NCBI GenBank assembly: GCA_041496385.1
Contig: JBGQEL010000128.1
Location: 1-12,072 of the forward strand
DNA length: 12,072 nt
From: Candidatus Methylomirabilia bacterium
GTDB taxonomy: Bacteria; Methylomirabilota; Methylomirabilia; Rokubacteriales; CSP1-6
Reading direction: 5' to 3'
Of this stretch, positions 6,703 through 12,072 are shown piece after piece. Position 1 is the first letter of the stretch, and each line of letters opens with the position of its first letter. The notes under the pieces are model-generated. The model did not search any database. It was not told the origin of the DNA and saw only the letters and a program-made list of their open reading frames with translations. The translations under genes and the position numbers were made by a program.

Positions 6703-8114
6703 TGGACGAACGCGCCAAGCGCCGCGTGCTGGTGGCGGTCATGCTCGCCATCTTCCTCGCGGCGATCGAGTCGACCGTCGTCGCCCTGGCGATGCCGACG
6801 GTCGTCGCGCGCCTGGGCGGCCTCCGCTTCTACTCCTGGGTCTTCTCCGGCTACCTGCTGACGCAGACGGTCACGATGCCGCTCTGGGGCCGGTTCTCCG
6901 ACCTCTACGGACGGCGCCCGGTCTTCCTGGTCGGGCTGTCGACGTTCCTCGCGGGCTCGGCGCTGTCCGGCGCGTCGCAGGACATGGCCCAGCTCATCGC
7001 GTTCCGCATGGTCCAGGGGCTCGGCGCCGGGTCGCTCATGACGCTCGGCTACACGATCATCGGCGAGGTCTTCGGGCTCGAGCGCCGGGCGAAGCTCCAG
7101 GGCTGGCTCTCCGGCGTGTGGGGCGTGGCGTCGATGGTCGGCCCCCCGGTGGGCGGCCTCCTGACGGACCACCTGTCGTGGCGCTGGGTCTTCTACATGA
7201 ATCTGCCCTTCGGCGCCGTCGCCATGGCGCTCGTGGCGACCGCGCTCCGGAGCGAGACGCGCCCGGCCCGGCGGCCCAGCATCGACTGGCGGGGCGTCCT
7301 CTGCTTCACGACCGGGATCGTCCTCGTGATGCTGGCGCTGGTCGAGGCGGGCCGCGAGGCGGCCTGGGCGGGCGCGGGCGTGCTGGCCCCGCTCGTGGCC
7401 GGCGCGGCGGCGCTCGCTGCGTTCGTCGCGGTCGAGCGTCGCGCGGCCGAGCCCATCGTGCCGCTGCGCCTGTTCGCGAGCCGTATGGTCGTCGCCGCGG
7501 TTCTCACGCGCTCGCTCGCCGCGATGGCGATGTTCGGTGCGCTGGCGTTCGTGCCGCTCTTCGTGCAGACCAGCACCGGCGCCAGCGCCACCCGCTCGGG
7601 CGCCGTGCTCGCCCCGTTCGTTCTCGGCTGGGTCGCGCTGTCCGCCCTGAGTGCGCGACTGGTCCTGCGCGTCGGCTACAGGAGCGTCGTCATGGCGGGC
7701 GTCGTCTGCCTGACGGGCGCCTTCATCCTGCTCGCGCAGTGGGGCACGGGGCTCAGCCTGGCCGGCGCGATGGGCGATGTCCTGCTCGCGGGTGTCGGCA
7801 TGGGCCTCGTCATCGTCCCGATGCTGATCGCGGTGCAGAGCGCGGTGCCGCGGAGCGAGCTCGGTGTCGCGACGTCCGTGATCCAGTTCTTCATGTCCGT
7901 CGGCGGCGCCGTGGGCGTCTCGGTGATGGGCACCGTGATGGCGCAACGCCTCGCCGCGGGGCTGCCGCTCGTCGACGCGCTGCACGGTGTGTTCGTCACG
8001 GGCCTGGTGGTGTGCGTCGCGGCGCTGGCCGCCTCGCTCCTGGTGCCCGGGGGGCGCGCCCAGGATCTGGCGCGTGCCGAGATGCGGGGCGAGCCGACCC
8101 GCGCGGGAGGATGA
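6702..8114 (+). CDS. MFS transporter, DHA2 (EmrB/QacA-like, 14-TMS) drug:H+ antiporter family
   Basis: FLAAIESTVVALAMP (motif D1-like), GRFSDLYGRRPVF (motif A), FRMVQGLGAG (motif B), GPPVGGLLT (motif C), WRWVFYMNLPFG (motif H). Confidence 0.92.
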   Translation: MDERAKRRVLVAVMLAIFLAAIESTVVALAMPTVVARLGGLRFYSWVFSGYLLTQTVTMPLWGRFSDLYGRRPVFLVGLSTFLAGSALSGASQDMAQLIAFRMVQGLGAGSLMTLGYTIIGEVFGLERRAKLQGWLSGVWGVASMVGPPVGGLLTDHLSWRWVFYMNLPFGAVAMALVATALRSETRPARRPSIDWRGVLCFTTGIVLVMLALVEAGREAAWAGAGVLAPLVAGAAALAAFVAVERRAAEPIVPLRLFASRMVVAAVLTRSLAAMAMFGALAFVPLFVQTSTGASATRSGAVLAPFVLGWVALSALSARLVLRVGYRSVVMAGVVCLTGAFILLAQWGTGLSLAGAMGDVLLAGVGMGLVIVPMLIAVQSAVPRSELGVATSVIQFFMSVGGAVGVSVMGTVMAQRLAAGLPLVDALHGVFVTGLVVCVAALAASLLVPGGRAQDLARAEMRGEPTRAGG

Positions 8115-8117
8115 GCC

Positions 8118-8624
8118 ATGACCGGTGATGCACCGCTGCTCGAACGACTCGCCGCCATGCGGCCGGTCCGCGCCGAAGAGGCGCTGGACCTGCTCGAGCG
8201 CCTGGCCCAGCCGCAGGGTGACCCCGTGATCGGGCCCCTCTTCAGCGAGGACGAGGAGGGCGAGACGGTCGTGAACCCGCTCGTGCCCGCCGTCCTCAAG
8301 CAGTTCCAGGACAAGCCCGAGCTCACCTGCCACGCGGCGCTGCTCGAGGGGCTCACGGGCGTCTGGAACGCGGCGGTCCGTGCGGCGGTCGTGACGCGCC
8401 TGCGCGCCGCAGGGCTCCCGCCCGACGACCTGCTCCTGCGGCTTCAGGCGCTCTCACCGACGCTGGGCCTGGCGGCCGAGAAGCGAGAGTGGGCGCGCGA
8501 GTGGCTCGCCGACCCGTTCACGCAGGACGCGATGCTCGCCCAGCAGTGCGTCGTGCGGATGCTCCTGGCGCTGCGCACGCTGGCCGAGGCTCGCGCCACG
8601 GAGCTCGCCTCGAACGAAGGCTGA
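8118..8624 (+). CDS. Hypothetical protein (168 aa, probably helical, cytoplasmic)
   Basis: SD GGAGG 8106-8110 before ATG 8118. High-GC3 codon usage. Fills the gap between MFS and PPOX genes. No motif recognised. Confidence 0.75.
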   Translation: MTGDAPLLERLAAMRPVRAEEALDLLERLAQPQGDPVIGPLFSEDEEGETVVNPLVPAVLKQFQDKPELTCHAALLEGLTGVWNAAVRAAVVTRLRAAGLPPDDLLLRLQALSPTLGLAAEKREWAREWLADPFTQDAMLAQQCVVRMLLALRTLAEARATELASNEG

Positions 8625-8645
8625 TCACCGGAGGAGGACCTCACC

Positions 8646-9041
8646 ATGGCCGGGATTCCCGAGAACTATCGCGACCTGTTCACGAAGAAGGCGTTCGCCC
8701 ACGTCGCCACCGTGGGCGCCGACGGCGTGCCGCAGGTGACGCCGGTGTGGGTGGACTACGACGGAACCCACGTGCGCTTCGGCACGGCGCGCGGGCGCGT
8801 GAAGGACAAGAACCTCAAGCGCGATCCACGCGTAGCACTCTCGATCCAGGACCCCGAGAACCCGTACCGCTACCTGCAGGTGCGCGGGCGGGTGGTCGAG
8901 ATGACCGAGAAGGGCGCCGACGATCACATCGATGCGCTCACGAAGAAATACCTCGGGAAGGACAAGTACCCGTACCGCCAGCCGGGCGAGGTGCGCGTGA
9001 TGGTGAAGATCCTGCCCGAGAAGATCCAGGCGATGGGGTAG
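8646..9041 (+). CDS. PPOX-class (split beta-barrel) probable F420-dependent oxidoreductase, Rv1155-like
   Basis: AHVATVGADGVPQVTPVWVDYDG...GRVKDKNLKRDPRVALSIQDPENPYRYLQVRG...LTKKYLG..YP. Strong SD GGAGGAGG upstream. Confidence 0.9.
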   Translation: MAGIPENYRDLFTKKAFAHVATVGADGVPQVTPVWVDYDGTHVRFGTARGRVKDKNLKRDPRVALSIQDPENPYRYLQVRGRVVEMTEKGADDHIDALTKKYLGKDKYPYRQPGEVRVMVKILPEKIQAMG

Positions 9042-9042
9042 G

Positions 9043-9825
9043 GTGCGGTTCGGCGCCGCCGCCCTCGCGCTGATCCTCCTTTTCCCGGCGCCCGCCCGGG
9101 CACAGGACGGCGTCCGCATCGCGCCGGCGTACCAGCGGGGAGACGAGGTCTGTTTCGAGCCGTTCGTGCCGGTCGCCTGGGACGTTCTCGCCCGGGGCCG
9201 GTTCCAGGCGTTCGACCCCGACCGCCCGCCGCCCGAGGCCGTCCGCCAGCGCTGGAACGAAATTTTCCGGCGTGCATACTTCGACTACGAGGCGCCCGTC
9301 CCCACCGAGCTCCGCGGCTACCACTACGTGCTCGCCGAGCAGGGTGTTCGCGCCCTGCGTCTGACCCGTCTGCGCGGGGAGATCGCCTACGAGAGCGACG
9401 CGGACGCGCGGCAGGTCGGCGCGCCACGCTTCTCAGGCGAGGCGTGCGGCGTCAGCGCCGCGGGTCCGGCGCAGCGCGCGGCGGGTTTCGTCCTCTTCGC
9501 CCCGGCGCAGCTCTCGCCGCGGGTGCGAACGCTCGGCGCGGCCGGCGGGGACCCGGCGATCGTCACGCGCGCGGCGGGCGGCGCCGTCGTCTACACCTAC
9601 CGCGCGGGGACGCGGGCCGAGGACTTCGCGACGCGCCCCGCCGCCGAGCCGCAGCTCCGGAGCGCCTACGTGCTCGAGCTCCCCGGCGGCCGGCGGTGGC
9701 TCGTCGTCCGCTGGCAGCCGGACCCACAGTGCCGCGCCGGCTGCTGCGAGTTCGCGTACTCGCTCTACGCGCTCGACCCGGCGCTCACGCCCCTGCTGGA
9801 GAACCGGTACGCCTGCGATGTCTAG
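9043..9825 (+). CDS. Hypothetical exported protein (260 aa)
   Basis: GTG start 1 bp after the PPOX stop. N-terminus MRFGAAALALILLFPAPARA-QD resembles a Sec signal peptide with an AxA site. Six Cys, including CRAGCC and terminal YACDV. Confidence 0.75.
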   Translation: MRFGAAALALILLFPAPARAQDGVRIAPAYQRGDEVCFEPFVPVAWDVLARGRFQAFDPDRPPPEAVRQRWNEIFRRAYFDYEAPVPTELRGYHYVLAEQGVRALRLTRLRGEIAYESDADARQVGAPRFSGEACGVSAAGPAQRAAGFVLFAPAQLSPRVRTLGAAGGDPAIVTRAAGGAVVYTYRAGTRAEDFATRPAAEPQLRSAYVLELPGGRRWLVVRWQPDPQCRAGCCEFAYSLYALDPALTPLLENRYACDV

Positions 9826-9831
9826 AACGCG

Positions 9832-11826
9832 ATGATCCAGATCGAGGCGGTATCGAAAGCCTACGGCGGCCAGCATATCCTCCGGGAGCTCTCGTGGCGG
9901 ATCCCCGACGGTGAGCGGATCGGGCTCGTCGGCCCGAACGGCGCGGGCAAGACGACGCTTTGCCGGCTCCTCGCGGGCGCGGAGGAGCCCGACGCGGGGC
10001 GCATCAGCCGGCCGCGCGAGGCGACGGTCGGCTACCTGCCCCAGGAGGTCGCCGGGAGCACCGGCGGCTCGGTCCTCGCCGAGGCGCTCTCGGCCTTCGA
10101 AGACGTGTGGCGGCTCGAGCGCGAGATGGAGACCATCGCCGCGACGCTCGCCGAGGCTCCGCGCGGCCCCGAGGGTGAGGCCCTCACGGCGCGCTACGGC
10201 GAGCTGCAGCACCGGTTCGACGCGGCGGGCGGCTACCGGCTCGAGACCCAGGCCAAGGCGATCCTCGGGGGCCTCGGCTTCCGCGAGCGCGAGCTCGCGC
10301 GCCCGCTCGCCGAGTTCTCGGGCGGCTGGCGGATGCGTGCCGCGCTCGCGCGCCTCCTGCTGCTGCGCCCGTCGCTCCTTCTCCTCGACGAGCCGACGAA
10401 CCACCTCGACATCGAGTCGCTCGAGTGGCTCGAGGGCTTCCTCGCCGACTACGACGGCACGGTCGTCCTCGTCTCGCACGACCGCTATTTCCTGAACCGG
10501 ATGACGACGTCCATCGCCGAGCTGGGGCCGGCGGGCGTGACCGTCTATCCCGGCGACTACGATGACTATCTGGTCCAGCGCGAGGCGCGCCGCGAGCTCC
10601 TGGAGGCGCAGGCGCGGAACCAGGCCAAGCGCATCGCCGAGATCGAACGGTTCATCGAGCGGTTCCGGTACCAGGCGACGAAGGCACGGCAGGTCCAGAG
10701 CCGGGTCAAGATGCTCGGGCGCATCGAGCGCGTCGAGGTCGAGCGCGAGGCCCGGCACATCCGGTTCGCGTTTCCGGCGCCGCCCCGGACGGGACGCCGC
10801 GTCGCCTGGCTCGCGCGCGCGCGCAAGGCGTACGGTGAGAACGTCGTGTACCCGGGCGTGGACTTCGAGGTCGAGCGCGGCGAGCGCGTGGCGCTCGTCG
10901 GGCCCAACGGCGCGGGCAAGTCTACGCTCCTCCGCATGCTCGCCGGCACTCTGCCCCTGGACGGAGGCGAGCGCGGACTCGGCGCGCACGTCGCCGTCCA
11001 CTACTACGCGCAGCACCAGCTCGACGCGCTGACGCCGTCGCTCACGATGCTCGAGGAGCTCGAGGGGGCGGCGCCCGAGCTCGGCCAGACGCGCCTCCGC
11101 ACGATCCTCGGCACCTTTCTGTTCTCCGGCGACGCCGTCGAGAAGAAGATCACCGTGCTGTCGGGCGGCGAGAAGGCGCGCGTGGCGCTCGCCAAGATGC
11201 TCGTACGGCCGGCGGCCCTCCTCTGCCTGGACGAGCCGACGAACCATCTCGACCTCGCCTCGCGCGAGGTGCTCGAGGATGCGCTCGCGCGGTTCCAGGG
11301 GACGATCGTCTTCATCTCGCACGACCGCTACTTCATCAACCGCATCGCGACGAAGATCGTCGAGGTCGGCAGCGGCGCCGTCACGCCGTACCTCGGCACC
11401 TACGACGACTATCTCGCGACGAAGGCGCGCGCCGCGCTCGAGGTCGCGCCTGGAACGGGGGCAGAAAAGCCGGAGGGCTCCCGGGTTTCGGAACGACACT
11501 CACCCGGGAACCCTCCGGCTTTCCCGTCCCCCGGGCACGACGATGAGCGCGCACGAGCGGCGCGCAAGGGGCCGGCGGACCGTCCGAGGCGCGTGCCGGC
11601 GCAGGTGCGGGAGCTGCGCCGTCGACTCGAGGAGATCGAGACGAAGATTCACGCGCTCGAGGCGCGTCTGGCCGCGCTCGGCGCCGCGCTCGGCGACCCC
11701 ACGCTCTACGCCGACGGCGAGCGCGCACGCGCGGTGACGGCCGAGCGACGGAGCGCCGAGGAACAGGTCATGTGGCTCATGCGCGAATGGGAGGCGCTCT
11801 CCACCGAGCTCGCGGCGCATGAATGA
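9832..11826 (+). CDS. ABC-F family ATPase (YheS/YdiF/Uup-like) with C-terminal coiled-coil domain
   Basis: Two nucleotide-binding domains: GPNGAGKTT/FSGGW/LLLDEPTNHLD/SHDRYF and GPNGAGKST/LSGGE/LCLDEPTNHLD/SHDRYF. Inter-domain linker FIERFRYQATKARQVQSR. No TM segments. C-terminal LEEIETKIHALE...DPTLY...WEAL. Confidence 0.95.
   Translation: MIQIEAVSKAYGGQHILRELSWRIPDGERIGLVGPNGAGKTTLCRLLAGAEEPDAGRISRPREATVGYLPQEVAGSTGGSVLAEALSAFEDVWRLEREMETIAATLAEAPRGPEGEALTARYGELQHRFDAAGGYRLETQAKAILGGLGFRERELARPLAEFSGGWRMRAALARLLLLRPSLLLLDEPTNHLDIESLEWLEGFLADYDGTVVLVSHDRYFLNRMTTSIAELGPAGVTVYPGDYDDYLVQREARRELLEAQARNQAKRIAEIERFIERFRYQATKARQVQSRVKMLGRIERVEVEREARHIRFAFPAPPRTGRRVAWLARARKAYGENVVYPGVDFEVERGERVALVGPNGAGKSTLLRMLAGTLPLDGGERGLGAHVAVHYYAQHQLDALTPSLTMLEELEGAAPELGQTRLRTILGTFLFSGDAVEKKITVLSGGEKARVALAKMLVRPAALLCLDEPTNHLDLASREVLEDALARFQGTIVFISHDRYFINRIATKIVEVGSGAVTPYLGTYDDYLATKARAALEVAPGTGAEKPEGSRVSERHSPGNPPAFPSPGHDDERARAARKGPADRPRRVPAQVRELRRRLEEIETKIHALEARLAALGAALGDPTLYADGERARAVTAERRSAEEQVMWLMREWEALSTELAAHE
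11466..11522. repeat. Intragenic inverted repeat (21-bp arms, one mismatch) in the ABC-F linker
   Basis: AAAGCCGGAGGGCTCCCGGGT (11466-11486), 15-nt loop, ACCCGGGAACCCTCCGGCTTT (11502-11522). 20 of 21 positions are complementary. Confidence 0.9.
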
Positions 11827-12072
11827 GTTCTACGCGCCGGTCGATCCCGAGACTCTGAAGCGTGAGCGGCAGAGAGCGCGCGAGCTCCGCGCGAGCCAGT
11901 GGTGGAAGCGCCGGATCGCCGACGGCGTCTGCCACTACTGCCGCCGTGCGGTCGGCCGGGTCCATCTCACGATGGACCACATCGTCCCGATGGGCCGCGG
12001 CGGCCGGTCCACGCGCGGCAACGTCGTCCCGGCCTGCAAGGATTGCAACACCAGGAAGCGATCGTCGCTTCC
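11819..12072 (+). CDS. Small HNH endonuclease (3' truncated by window; absent from the ORF track)
   Basis: ATG 11819 overlaps the ABC-F stop by 8 nt. Translation: MNEFYAPVDPETLKRERQRARELRASQWWKRRIADGVCHYCRRAVGRVHLTMDHIVPMGRGGRSTRGNVVPACKDCNTRKRSSL, with CxxC, DHIVP, GG, N and CxxCN of the HNH fold. Confidence 0.93.
   Translation, partial: MNEFYAPVDPETLKRERQRARELRASQWWKRRIADGVCHYCRRAVGRVHLTMDHIVPMGRGGRSTRGNVVPACKDCNTRKRSSL

Noticed and set aside
9832..11826. ABC-F as an antibiotic-resistance (ARE) protein
   Set aside because: The linker and C-terminal domain look like housekeeping YheS/YdiF/Uup types, with no leader-peptide attenuator upstream (6-bp gap). Subfamily assignment needs HMMs.

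Overview
High-GC bacterial chromosomal window (roughly 70% GC by eye, not computed) with every credible gene on the + strand. Gene order: 3' end of groEL, terminator and promoter, rpsF-ssb-rpsR-rplI, a 215-bp intergenic region, dnaB (no intein), a KimA/YdaO-like APC K+ transporter, then a tightly packed run of alkA-like glycosylase, symmetric DUF971/GBBH-N metal-binding protein, DHA2 MFS exporter, hypothetical protein, PPOX-class F420-dependent oxidoreductase, secreted Cys-containing protein, ABC-F ATPase and a small HNH nuclease cut off by the window edge. No mobile-element genes, rRNA, tRNA or CRISPR are visible. The most notable signals are non-coding. (1) rpsF and rpsR, which encode the two halves of the S6:S18 heterodimer, each appear to start at a non-canonical codon (CTG and ATT) exactly 8 nt after a strong AGGAGG Shine-Dalgarno (SD). 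(2) Five DnaA-box-like 9-mers with exact 11-bp periodicity, plus one near-consensus box, lie in front of dnaB. (3) A 21-bp-arm palindrome with atypical codon usage sits in frame in the ABC-F linker. Gene content is compatible with Rokubacteria/Methylomirabilota-like organisms, but that is a guess.
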